From the IMG/VR virus record IMGVR_UViG_3300002835_000011: DNA of 55,419 nt; one strand, written 5' to 3'. The translations under genes were made by a program, and so were the position numbers. Positions 37,354-46,302 of the stretch are shown piece by piece; positions within the stretch are counted from its first letter, which is position 1, and every line of letters starts with the position of its first letter. The stretch is from an uncultured virus (IMG/VR IMGVR_UViG_3300002835_000011) (taxonomy: Duplodnaviria > Heunggongvirae > Uroviricota > Caudoviricetes). The notes below the pieces were generated by a model. The model saw only the letters and a program-made list of their open reading frames with translations. It was not told where the DNA came from and made no database searches.

Positions 37354-38958
37354 TTAGATATTAATACCAGGCAAATCCTTTTTCCATTTAGCAGCTAAAG
37401 GACCTACACATGCAACAGAATCTTGGTCTTTAGTAACGTACATATTGCTGTTGATAAAGTAAGATAAGAAAGCTCCTCCCTCTTCTATTTCCACGTTTGT
37501 ACCTAACCATTTCATAAAGTTGCAAACTTCTTTAGATGTAAGTTTCATTTTAAGACTCTTTCTAATTATAGCAGCTGCTAGAGCATAATTGTAATCTGGT
37601 CTTCCTGGTTTTGCTTTAGGAGCTCTTTCAGGATCAGTGTAAACTAAATCTAATTCTCTTACTGGTACTTCCTTAGCAACGTTATAGAATACTAAGAATG
37701 CTGCGGTTGCATCGTTACCAACGTTTTTAGAAAACTCCCTTTTAATTAAATCTTCAGGTACCGTAGTAATTCCCTTACTCTCTAATTCTCTTACTGCTCT
37801 TTTTAATGAGTTTGAAGCATCTACCCATGCTCTAGGAGTTGGATATTTAGTTTTCCTTAAATCTGGATCTAAATTGTGGAAGAATTCACTTTGGAATTCA
37901 AGGAAATCTAATAGTTCAGGAAGAACCACATCTTTATATCTGCTTCCTTCTACGTATTTTCTAAATCCTTCTACAGTTGGAACAAAGTTAACTGCCTCGA
38001 ATCTGTCTCTAAGAGCAGTACCAAGCTCTCTAATACCTCCTCTAGGATCATCCTCTTTTCTGTTACCTGCTGCAACGATGTACCATCTAGAAGGAATTTT
38101 ATAATTGTTACCAACTCTTCTTGATTGAGCAAGCTTCATAAATATTTTAATAACCTCTTCTGGCATTCGGTTTAACTCATCGATAAAGATGATACCGCCT
38201 TTACCATTTCTACCATTGTCATAAGGAAGGATATCAGCATTAATATTAGATCTGGTAACGCCCCTCCCTAGTGGGTTTTTGCTAGAAGGAGCTTCCACAT
38301 CAACTACACTAGGTACACCAGCAAAGTCAACCGGTTCAGCATTTTCTCCATCAACATTAACTAGAGAAAGTTTATGTCCGTATAACTCTTTACCTAATTC
38401 ATCACATACTTGAGCAACGATCTGTGTTTTACCGATACCAGGTGCTCCATATATAAAGATAGGTTTAACGTCTAATATTCCCCCATAGATATCATCCACC
38501 TTGTCTTCAGAAGCTCCAGATTCTTTTGCAGCATCCATTTCATCAGCAACTCTAAATATGTCTCTCATATTTCTTTTGATGTTATCCTTGATCTCTTGTT
38601 CGGAGTAGTCAGGGACATCGTCTTCAATTGGATATGTTAAAGGGACTGCGTCTTCTGCAAGATAACTTTCTTCTAATGTTTCAGGCATTTGAAGATTGTT
38701 CATTCTATAATATTCAGTGCCTCTATAGAAATTGTTAACTTGATTTAGGATAGATTCGCTTTTAGAATCATCAAAAAGAGATACCCTAGGTGTTCCTTGT
38801 TTAGGACCTGATGATATAATACTAATTAATCCGGATTTAACCGCATTGTATAGATTCTTAGCCCATGCAGAAACCTTTCTTCCTAAATCAGAGAAGAAGC
38901 CTTCATTTACATAAGATTCATTGACAAATTGATTAAAGTTATAAATTCTTTTCCCCAT
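37354..38958 (-). CDS. MoxR-like AAA+ ATPase, triad 2; paralog of 13151..14656
   Basis: GAPGIGKT, IFIDELNR, VAAGNR, ALRDRF, PTPRAW; tag MGKRIYNFNQFVNES. Confidence 0.85.
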   Translation of the reverse strand: MGKRIYNFNQFVNESYVNEGFFSDLGRKVSAWAKNLYNAVKSGLISIISSGPKQGTPRVSLFDDSKSESILNQVNNFYRGTEYYRMNNLQMPETLEESYLAEDAVPLTYPIEDDVPDYSEQEIKDNIKRNMRDIFRVADEMDAAKESGASEDKVDDIYGGILDVKPIFIYGAPGIGKTQIVAQVCDELGKELYGHKLSLVNVDGENAEPVDFAGVPSVVDVEAPSSKNPLGRGVTRSNINADILPYDNGRNGKGGIIFIDELNRMPEEVIKIFMKLAQSRRVGNNYKIPSRWYIVAAGNRKEDDPRGGIRELGTALRDRFEAVNFVPTVEGFRKYVEGSRYKDVVLPELLDFLEFQSEFFHNLDPDLRKTKYPTPRAWVDASNSLKRAVRELESKGITTVPEDLIKREFSKNVGNDATAAFLVFYNVAKEVPVRELDLVYTDPERAPKAKPGRPDYNYALAAAIIRKSLKMKLTSKEVCNFMKWLGTNVEIEEGGAFLSYFINSNMYVTKDQDSVACVGPLAAKWKKDLPGINI

Positions 38959-38973
38959 TTCGATTTTTTATTT

Positions 38974-38981
38974 TATATATC
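38974..38981 (-). promoter_or_regulatory. GATATATA putative late promoter
   Basis: Exact motif 15 nt upstream of ATG 38958. Confidence 0.65.
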
Positions 38982-38985
38982 TATT

Positions 38986-39948
38986 TTATATTCTTTTTAC
39001 TTCCTTGTTGGCAAGTATAATATCTATTCTTTCTCCAAAAGGCTGTGGTGTCCCAAAAGGCTCGTCATTGAACGAAAGGAAAACCCATATACATCTATCA
39101 TCATAAGTTGATATGTCATAATCATTCACACTAGGGAAAGTTGCAAATCCGTCAGTAAAGTAAATGAATACAGTAGGTTTCTCACCTTTATCTATTAGCT
39201 CCTGTTGTACCCATTTAAAAGGAGGCCAAAAATTAGTTCCTCCGCCTCCAGCTATTTTAGAGTAATCTGGTGAATCCCCAGGCTCTAATATATCTGGTGC
39301 ATAAACTTGGGTGTCACAATATAATATAACAGTTTTTCGAGGGTTGTAAGCCTGAGTTATTCCTCGAACTTCTCCTAAGAATTGCTCAATCATTTCTTTG
39401 CTTATCGATCCAGAAGTATCTATAGCAATAACTATGTTTTCAAATTGCTCTTTATATCTTTTATACCCATACTGAGCTTTTCCAGTTCCTAGGAATCTTC
39501 TAGAGGGTAGTGTATATTTAGATTTTGATATTGCATCGTCTATAAACTTAGCTAATTCAGACTTCCAATCTATTGCAGGTCTATTTAGTTTATCTAATGC
39601 TCTCTTTAAAGAAGCAGGAAGTTTTCCCGGGGTACTTCTAGCTATTCTTGTTTTATCTTGCCATTCTTTAGCAAGAGCTTCTCCATCCAGACCATGTCTT
39701 CCTCCAAGATCGCCAAGCTCTCCCGCTCTCATTACTGCGCCTGGATTTTCAGACTGTGGCCCTATAGGACCTTCTATATCAAAATCGTCCCCAATTATTG
39801 TACCATCGTCGCTTCTTTCTGGAATATCGTCTTCAGGAACCCATTGGTCAACATTTTCAGGTATTCCGCCTCCGCCTCCGCCTCCGCTTCCACCCGGTCC
39901 TTGCTCTTTTGGCTGCTGTATTCTAATATCTGTTATTCTAGCTTTCAT
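38986..39948 (-). CDS. VWA-like domain protein (DUF2201 C-terminal type), triad 2
   Basis: AIDTSGS, GGGGTNF, YFTDG; IDWKSEL...PSRRF. Confidence 0.82.
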   Translation of the reverse strand: MKARITDIRIQQPKEQGPGGSGGGGGGGIPENVDQWVPEDDIPERSDDGTIIGDDFDIEGPIGPQSENPGAVMRAGELGDLGGRHGLDGEALAKEWQDKTRIARSTPGKLPASLKRALDKLNRPAIDWKSELAKFIDDAISKSKYTLPSRRFLGTGKAQYGYKRYKEQFENIVIAIDTSGSISKEMIEQFLGEVRGITQAYNPRKTVILYCDTQVYAPDILEPGDSPDYSKIAGGGGTNFWPPFKWVQQELIDKGEKPTVFIYFTDGFATFPSVNDYDISTYDDRCIWVFLSFNDEPFGTPQPFGERIDIILANKEVKRI

Positions 39949-39970
39949 TCTGTTTTAATATTAATTTTTT

Positions 39971-40828
39971 CTAAAAATCTAGTTCCTTCTCGACATCGTC
40001 GTCTAAAACATTTTCTCCAGCCCTTAATCTTTTCATATATTCAGGAACCTTGCTTTTAGGAATAGGCGTATAATCCACCTCTCCATTTGCTTCATCAATG
40101 GATTTAATTATTCCGTATGAATCATTATTAGGATCAAATATAATATCACCAACTTTAGGTGGTATCGGAGGTGGAGGAGGTGGAGGAGGAGTTTTAGTTC
40201 CATCCTCTTTTTTTCTATTTGGATTAAAACCGTTTGCAATTAATTTATCGAATATCCATTCCGCTGTCCTGTTAACAAATTCTGTATCATAAGGAACCAC
40301 GCCACATCCTGGATATAAAGATCCCTCTGGCATTTTTCCTATACCTCCTTTTGCTGCAGGTTTAGGTTTACCGCTAGATTCATCAACAGGGGTTAAAAGC
40401 TGGTTAAGTGCATAATCTGTAGCAAAGTTCCAAATTAATGCCTTATCATTATCCCTAGGGCATCTTAAGAAATGGAATAAAGAATTGTGTAAAACCTCAT
40501 GTGCAATTACCCATATTATTTCGTCATCGCTTTTAGATAAAACATAGTCCGGATCGTAGTGGATACTAACGCCGTCAGTTGCCATTGTTCTATAAGGAAG
40601 CCTCCTGTTTTCTCTTATCAATAATTTAGAAAGTAACCCAGAAAAGAAAGGATAAGTTCCATTTAACATAAATATACACGATCTCATTTTTTTGAGAGCA
40701 TCCTCATTATGTGGGGTTTTGTTTAACTGATCTAGGTAAACTGCTTCGTTTAATAGACCTATATTTGAAGAAGTAAATCCGTGATATTCAAAAAGACCGA
40801 AGTCACTAAAAGATAATATTCTTTTCAT
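39971..40828 (-). CDS. Putative HEXXH metallopeptidase (DUF2201 N-terminal type) with polyproline linker and SH3/KOW-like module, triad 2
   Basis: TMATDG, IAHEVLHN, WNFATDYALN; polyproline run; PKVGDIIFD...YGIIKSID; tag MKRILSFSDF. Confidence 0.8.
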   Translation of the reverse strand: MKRILSFSDFGLFEYHGFTSSNIGLLNEAVYLDQLNKTPHNEDALKKMRSCIFMLNGTYPFFSGLLSKLLIRENRRLPYRTMATDGVSIHYDPDYVLSKSDDEIIWVIAHEVLHNSLFHFLRCPRDNDKALIWNFATDYALNQLLTPVDESSGKPKPAAKGGIGKMPEGSLYPGCGVVPYDTEFVNRTAEWIFDKLIANGFNPNRKKEDGTKTPPPPPPPPIPPKVGDIIFDPNNDSYGIIKSIDEANGEVDYTPIPKSKVPEYMKRLRAGENVLDDDVEKELDF

Positions 40829-40845
40829 TACACTATTTAATTAAT

Positions 40846-42864
40846 CTATATATCATCCTCATCAGACTCTTTCATACATCTGACAAACTCATTAAATAGA
40901 ACTGCTATAGATTTAGGGACTCGGTTTTTAAATTGTTGAAAATCCCCATTCATTACATAATTTCTTATCTCTTTATTGTCTGCCCATTGAGGTGTTTTAA
41001 ATATCTCAATATCTCCTCCCTCTAAATCGTACTTATCTCTAACCCATTCTCTTTGTAGAACCATATTCTGGAAATCTCTTTCTCCTATACAAACAGAAAC
41101 AGGATTAGCGTGCTTTACGACGCAATTTAAAGCATCTTCTAAAAGATCAGACTGTATGATGTCATATCCTGCAAAAAGCTTATTATTTTCAGACGTTAAA
41201 GACCCGATAGATTTTCTTATCACATCTTCAGTAAAGGGGTATTTCTGACTTGGTTCACCACCAGGGTGAACAACACAAAGGAATACGGGTAAATTGTTTT
41301 CTTTCTTTAATCTGGAACACATTTTAAAGTGTCCATTATTAAATGGTTGAAACTTACCAATAATTAAGTTTACTTTTTGGCTGTTCTCGTTAAGGATCTT
41401 TATTTTTCTTTTTTCTTTATGTGTAGATACTACCTTTTTAAAATCTTTAAATGAGAAAAATTCAGATGTGTCCTCCTTCTTCTCCTCTTTTTCTTCCTCT
41501 TTTAATTCGGATGGGGATTCAGATTCATTTAAAATATCATAGGTGCTATCAGATGCCTCTAATATTTCATCCAATTCAGAATCATCTATTTCTTCTTCCT
41601 CGTTAATCACGGGATTAAATCTTCCACCAACTTTCTTAAACCAAACAAAAGAAGGAACTCCGACAGATTCTTCCACTAGATTTTTTCTCTTTGCGTTTAT
41701 ATAGTCAGCTATTTCCTCGACTAACATATTAAATTGCTGAATTAATCCCTCAGTAAAAAATCCATGAGGCTTTCTTTTAAGTTTTCTAAAAGAATTCAAT
41801 ATCATCTGAAGTATATCAACATATGCTTCATCATCTTCCAGCATTTCTATAATCTGCTCATTATTGATTAATTCCTTATTAAGATCGAATCCTTCTGATT
41901 TTAAATACTCTGGCTTTTGAAAATCCGCTCCAATGTATTTTTCTCCCTCTTCATTTATGAAATTAACAAATACATCAAAAACAAAAGAAATGTATCTCTC
42001 TTCAGGATCATTACCTTCTGCATTGAAGTTTTCTACACCTTTTTCAAGAATGAAATTCATTACATCTATAAGACACAACGAATAAACATCACTTGGGAAA
42101 TAAGAAGTTTTAGTTACTTTTCTTTCCCTGTTTATTTCATAGAATATAGGATCCACCATTTTAGCGAGGACGCTCTCTTCTTTACCATCCTCATCTTCGA
42201 ATCTAAAAACAATAGAATCAACAGGGGATACAAGATCCTTGCCAAGGGTTGTACTTTCTAGGTCTTTATTTAATAGTGATAGTAGATGTTTAGTGAAGCT
42301 CTCTGTTTTAAATCTACTCTTTAAATCCATTAAAGGCGTAGATAGGAACTCCATTATTGATATCTTCTGATCCCTATCTAGTTTTCCTTGGAATATTACT
42401 GGACATCCCTCTACCTCAAATTTTTGTGCCCACTGATCTAATTCTTCCTTGTCTTGTATTGTCTTAATAACATCACCGAACTCGTCTCTAACAACGATAT
42501 GTGTCAATATTAAATGATTCTTTGGTATTCTGTCATACTCTATTCTAACTGGCTTAGTAGATGGAAAATAAACCATACCAAATCTCCATCCCTTAGGTAT
42601 TTCTGCCTTAACTTCATCTGGAAGAGATTCTATATAATTTATAGGCTTCTCATAATACTTCATTAATATCCTATCTACTCTAGTTATAGGATTTTCCTGA
42701 TCCTTCTTATAGAATGATATGTTATCACCGGTAAAATCCTTTTCAAAAGAAAATGAAGATCCGTCAAGATTTTCGGTTACTATTACAGTTTTATTGAAAA
42801 GATTTTCAATGAATGATTTACCTTTCTTTTCGTAGATATCCGATAAATATTTTATTCCAGACAT
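40846..42864 (-). CDS. Fusion of an RNA-ligase-like nucleotidyltransferase domain (catalytic Lys replaced) and a cytidylyltransferase-like domain
   Basis: VTENLDGSSF (KxDG-like), PVIFQG, SIVFRF, LAKMVDP; acidic linker; GKFQPFNNGH. Confidence 0.6.
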   Translation of the reverse strand: MSGIKYLSDIYEKKGKSFIENLFNKTVIVTENLDGSSFSFEKDFTGDNISFYKKDQENPITRVDRILMKYYEKPINYIESLPDEVKAEIPKGWRFGMVYFPSTKPVRIEYDRIPKNHLILTHIVVRDEFGDVIKTIQDKEELDQWAQKFEVEGCPVIFQGKLDRDQKISIMEFLSTPLMDLKSRFKTESFTKHLLSLLNKDLESTTLGKDLVSPVDSIVFRFEDEDGKEESVLAKMVDPIFYEINRERKVTKTSYFPSDVYSLCLIDVMNFILEKGVENFNAEGNDPEERYISFVFDVFVNFINEEGEKYIGADFQKPEYLKSEGFDLNKELINNEQIIEMLEDDEAYVDILQMILNSFRKLKRKPHGFFTEGLIQQFNMLVEEIADYINAKRKNLVEESVGVPSFVWFKKVGGRFNPVINEEEEIDDSELDEILEASDSTYDILNESESPSELKEEEKEEKKEDTSEFFSFKDFKKVVSTHKEKRKIKILNENSQKVNLIIGKFQPFNNGHFKMCSRLKKENNLPVFLCVVHPGGEPSQKYPFTEDVIRKSIGSLTSENNKLFAGYDIIQSDLLEDALNCVVKHANPVSVCIGERDFQNMVLQREWVRDKYDLEGGDIEIFKTPQWADNKEIRNYVMNGDFQQFKNRVPKSIAVLFNEFVRCMKESDEDDI
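40847..40854 (-). promoter_or_regulatory. GATATATA putative late promoter overlapping the last codons of the upstream gene
   Basis: GAT ATA TAG; 18 nt upstream of ATG 40828. Confidence 0.6.
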
Positions 42865-43307
42865 TAGTTTAAGCTATTAATAATTTTTCTACCATGTATA
42901 TTAAAAATCTCGAAAGAACCAATTCTTATTTTCTTTTGTGGTACAAAATCAGAATTTAATATAAACTCTTCCAAGAATTTAATTATATTACTCAAGAGTA
43001 TTTTAGACCTATGGCTCACATTTGGTTTCCTACAAAGTCTATTTAATATTTCTATGTAGTCTTCCAGTGTATTTCTTTTATCGGGATTTACTAATACATT
43101 AAAGATATCTTTCTCAATTCTGTATACTATTTTGTCCTCGATTTTTATATTCCAATCCCCCGATGGATCCTCGTTCAAAATTCCTCTTTCACCCAAGAAA
43201 GTAACAAAGGAAAGATATTCCCCATCTAAAAAAATGGAGGATATCTTAAATCCTGTATAGTGTTGTAATACGGGATATAGAGCTTGTTTTCCACCGGAAT
43301 TAAACAT
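42864..43307 (-). CDS. Hypothetical protein
   Basis: 147 aa ORF with stop/start coupling to the next gene. Confidence 0.65.
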   Translation of the reverse strand: MFNSGGKQALYPVLQHYTGFKISSIFLDGEYLSFVTFLGERGILNEDPSGDWNIKIEDKIVYRIEKDIFNVLVNPDKRNTLEDYIEILNRLCRKPNVSHRSKILLSNIIKFLEEFILNSDFVPQKKIRIGSFEIFNIHGRKIINSLN

Positions 43308-43312
43308 ATATT

Positions 43313-44113
43313 TTATTCTTCTTCGTCCCCCTCTTGGTGGATAGTAGCAGTATATTCCTCGTCTTCATCCTCATCCTCGTCTTCATCTTCGTCCTCTACT
43401 TCCGAAGCGTCATCCTCTTCTTCGTCTTTGTAGGTGTACTCAGCATTAGGATCTTCGTACTCTTCTTCCTCCTCAATTTCTTCTTCCTCCTCGATTTCAT
43501 TCCAAACTGGTTGCATTTTACAAGTTAGATACTTGGAATATACCTCTCCCGTTTTTCTGTCCTCGATCATAACCATTCTAGGTCCATTTATCTCATCCAA
43601 CTCAATACTTGCAGCAAAATTTTTAGATTCCTCTAAGTTAGCAAATGGTCCGAATGTGTATGCTCCTAAGTCCGGAGTAGTTTTTATTTTTATTGGAGAT
43701 GCCATCATATCTTTGCTGTATCTAATCATGTCTTCTCCCCTTTCAAAATAAAAGTCGTCACACATAGTTACAAAATGATAATTAGGATCTCCGCCGTCAC
43801 CAACCATAGATCTTGCCATATCTAATGCTTTAGATTCGTTCATTCTCTTTTTTGCAAAATCGAACTTATGGTTAGCTGGCTTATTTTTAATTCCTTTATC
43901 TTTCTTGTGCTGATCCCAAGCTTTAGCAAGCTCTTCCATATAAGCCTCTTGCTTTTTCTTATCCCCTTGGAATTTTTTATCGAAAGGTCCAGAAACACCA
44001 TGCTTTTTGTGATATTTCTTAGCAAATTCTAGATAGAGGTTTCTTTCACTTACTAGTTTCGCTTCATTTAGTTCTTGTTTCTTTTTTTCTACTACGGAAG
44101 AAAATTTTTTCAT
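43313..44113 (-). CDS. Hypothetical protein with a basic N-half and highly acidic C-terminal tail
   Basis: 266 aa; internal ELNE and RMNES sites; poly-E/D tail. Confidence 0.7.
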   Translation of the reverse strand: MKKFSSVVEKKKQELNEAKLVSERNLYLEFAKKYHKKHGVSGPFDKKFQGDKKKQEAYMEELAKAWDQHKKDKGIKNKPANHKFDFAKKRMNESKALDMARSMVGDGGDPNYHFVTMCDDFYFERGEDMIRYSKDMMASPIKIKTTPDLGAYTFGPFANLEESKNFAASIELDEINGPRMVMIEDRKTGEVYSKYLTCKMQPVWNEIEEEEEIEEEEEYEDPNAEYTYKDEEEDDASEVEDEDEDEDEDEDEEYTATIHQEGDEEE

Positions 44114-44115
44114 TT

Positions 44116-44724
44116 TTATAAATTATTTGGTTGGAATATAGGCTGATTAGGATTTGCCTGGTGCTGATAATAAAGATTAACTCTATTCTTAGCAATATCG
44201 TCTAGAACAGGTACCTGTCCCATTTGTACTTCTCCTCTGCTATACATATCACCTATGTGATCTGCTAATTGTTCTTCGGTTTTAATATTAGGAAGTTCGT
44301 TTTTGGTAAAGTCCTCGTTAGTGTGTCTAATAAATTCAACATCAACAGTGTCTTCACTAGGAGCTTTCTTTGTAAACTCATATTTAGTTGGAGCAAAAAC
44401 TCTTTTAAGAACACTAGGAACAACTGAAAGGGTTCCGAATAACATTTCAAATCCAGTATCAGGACCTCCGTGTGTTCTTGTTGCCCTGTTCTGTCTGACC
44501 TGCATTTTTCCGATATCTGCAGCTCTATTTATTCTATCTTCCATCTTCTGAAAGAAGTTGCTAACCTTTGATAAAACAGTAGGATTATCACCAAGTTCGT
44601 AATGGTTCTTAGCTCTATCTTTATAAGATGAAGCATTGTCTCCTAGATGTCTTCTAAAGAAAAGATCATCACCAGAAGCTTCATTTAATCTACAAAAATC
44701 GCTAAAATTCTTAATTCTGGACAT
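44116..44724 (-). CDS. Hypothetical tagged protein
   Basis: 202 aa; starts MSRIKNFSDFCRLNE. Confidence 0.75.
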   Translation of the reverse strand: MSRIKNFSDFCRLNEASGDDLFFRRHLGDNASSYKDRAKNHYELGDNPTVLSKVSNFFQKMEDRINRAADIGKMQVRQNRATRTHGGPDTGFEMLFGTLSVVPSVLKRVFAPTKYEFTKKAPSEDTVDVEFIRHTNEDFTKNELPNIKTEEQLADHIGDMYSRGEVQMGQVPVLDDIAKNRVNLYYQHQANPNQPIFQPNNL

Positions 44725-44745
44725 TAAAATATCTTATTTCTATTC

Positions 44746-44753
44746 TATATATC
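44746..44753 (-). promoter_or_regulatory. GATATATA putative late promoter
   Basis: Exact motif 21 nt upstream of ATG 44724. Confidence 0.65.
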
Positions 44754-44760
44754 CTAATCT

Positions 44761-46302
44761 TTAAATTTTGACTTCGTATATCTTATAATCGAAATGTTCT
44801 TTCTTGTAAATTTCAATTCTTTCCTTTGAGTGCTTCATTAAATAGTTCTCTTTACCCTCCCAGGAGAAGTCATCAACGAAATCTATTATATTAACCTTCT
44901 CCTTACCTTCAAATAATCTCATCCCCCTTCCCAAGCTTTGTTTTATAAGAACTTCGGATTTATAAGATTCTGTTAAGAATATGTTATGAATGTTTTTTAC
45001 AGAGATACCAGTTGACATTGTACCGAATGAAGCCACCATTATTTTATTAGTGCCATCCTCCATTCTCTTAGTAAAGATATCCCTTTTATCAGGATCAGTA
45101 TCACCATCTATATAATAAACCTCTCGGTCGTTAGTTTTTTCTCTTATCCCATCATATATTTTTTTTCCGTATCCCTCTCCAACAGATTGGAAAAGAATCA
45201 AAGAGTTTTTTGATGTCTTTAGTACGAAGTCTATTATATAGTTAAGTCTCTTATCTGATCCAACAACTAGTTTTCTCTCCAAATTAAATATCTCGTTCCC
45301 CTCCATTTCAGTTTTATTCTCTTTTAAGGAAGATAACTTTTCTTTGACAGCAGGATCCATCCAATCCATCTTTACTATCTTGATAGAAACTGGTGTAGCA
45401 TATTTGTTATCAAATAGAAATTTAGGAGATATTTCCATTATCAACGGTCCTAGGAACTGCTGTATAGTTAAATACTCCGCGGTGTTTTTATTTGCTAATG
45501 TTCCGGATAGACCAAATCTCCATTTAGAATCTCTACATAGGGCTACAACTTTTTTAATTGAAGCACTCTGTGCCTGGTGACATTCATCAACAAAAACTGC
45601 CTCAACGTCATCAAAAAACTCCGGATCCATCTTAACTAAAGATTGGTAAGTACCGATCATCAGTCCTCCAGATATCTTTTTCTTATTTGCGCCGTGTATT
45701 TGTTGTATCTCGCAATCTTCAAGATTTTCTAGTCCATACTCTTCAAAATCTTCAGATCCCTGAATAACTAAGTTGGTATTAGGGACGATCATTAAGAATT
45801 TCTTAACCTTCATCACCTCTTTAAGATATGCCATTACCATAAAGGCAATTAATGTTTTACCTGAGCTCGTAGCAACTTCAGAAACAGATAGCTTAAACTT
45901 GATTATCTTCCAAGCAGTTTCTATTTGGTAGTCCCTCGGCATTTTGTTAGGATCTCCACCGACCCCACCTTCAAAAAAATTGTTACACCATTCAGTAAAG
46001 TGCTCAAGAGTAAAGGATGAATCTATTAGTCTTTCTAGTCCATCTATTTTTACCTCTATCTTATATTTTTCGCATATCTGGTAGACTTCAGACCAAAGCC
46101 CAATTGGAACTCTCCAGATTGGTAATTTTTTATCAACGAAACATATTGATCCATCCCAATGTTTTTTCTTAACCAATGGGTGGAAAAAATGATTATGTAT
46201 TTTTTTAGTTAAGGATATGTCTATTTGTTTTCTCTCAAAATCCTCAGAATAATCTACTAAACTTAACCAATTATTATCTTCACTTACTACAAATCTTAAC
46301 AT
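44761..46302 (-). CDS. uvsW: UvsW-like SF2 DNA helicase
   Basis: WDGSI, PRDYQ, ATSSGKT, VDECH, GLSGT, STGIS, QSLGRGMR. Confidence 0.88.
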   Translation of the reverse strand: MLRFVVSEDNNWLSLVDYSEDFERKQIDISLTKKIHNHFFHPLVKKKHWDGSICFVDKKLPIWRVPIGLWSEVYQICEKYKIEVKIDGLERLIDSSFTLEHFTEWCNNFFEGGVGGDPNKMPRDYQIETAWKIIKFKLSVSEVATSSGKTLIAFMVMAYLKEVMKVKKFLMIVPNTNLVIQGSEDFEEYGLENLEDCEIQQIHGANKKKISGGLMIGTYQSLVKMDPEFFDDVEAVFVDECHQAQSASIKKVVALCRDSKWRFGLSGTLANKNTAEYLTIQQFLGPLIMEISPKFLFDNKYATPVSIKIVKMDWMDPAVKEKLSSLKENKTEMEGNEIFNLERKLVVGSDKRLNYIIDFVLKTSKNSLILFQSVGEGYGKKIYDGIREKTNDREVYYIDGDTDPDKRDIFTKRMEDGTNKIMVASFGTMSTGISVKNIHNIFLTESYKSEVLIKQSLGRGMRLFEGKEKVNIIDFVDDFSWEGKENYLMKHSKERIEIYKKEHFDYKIYEVKI

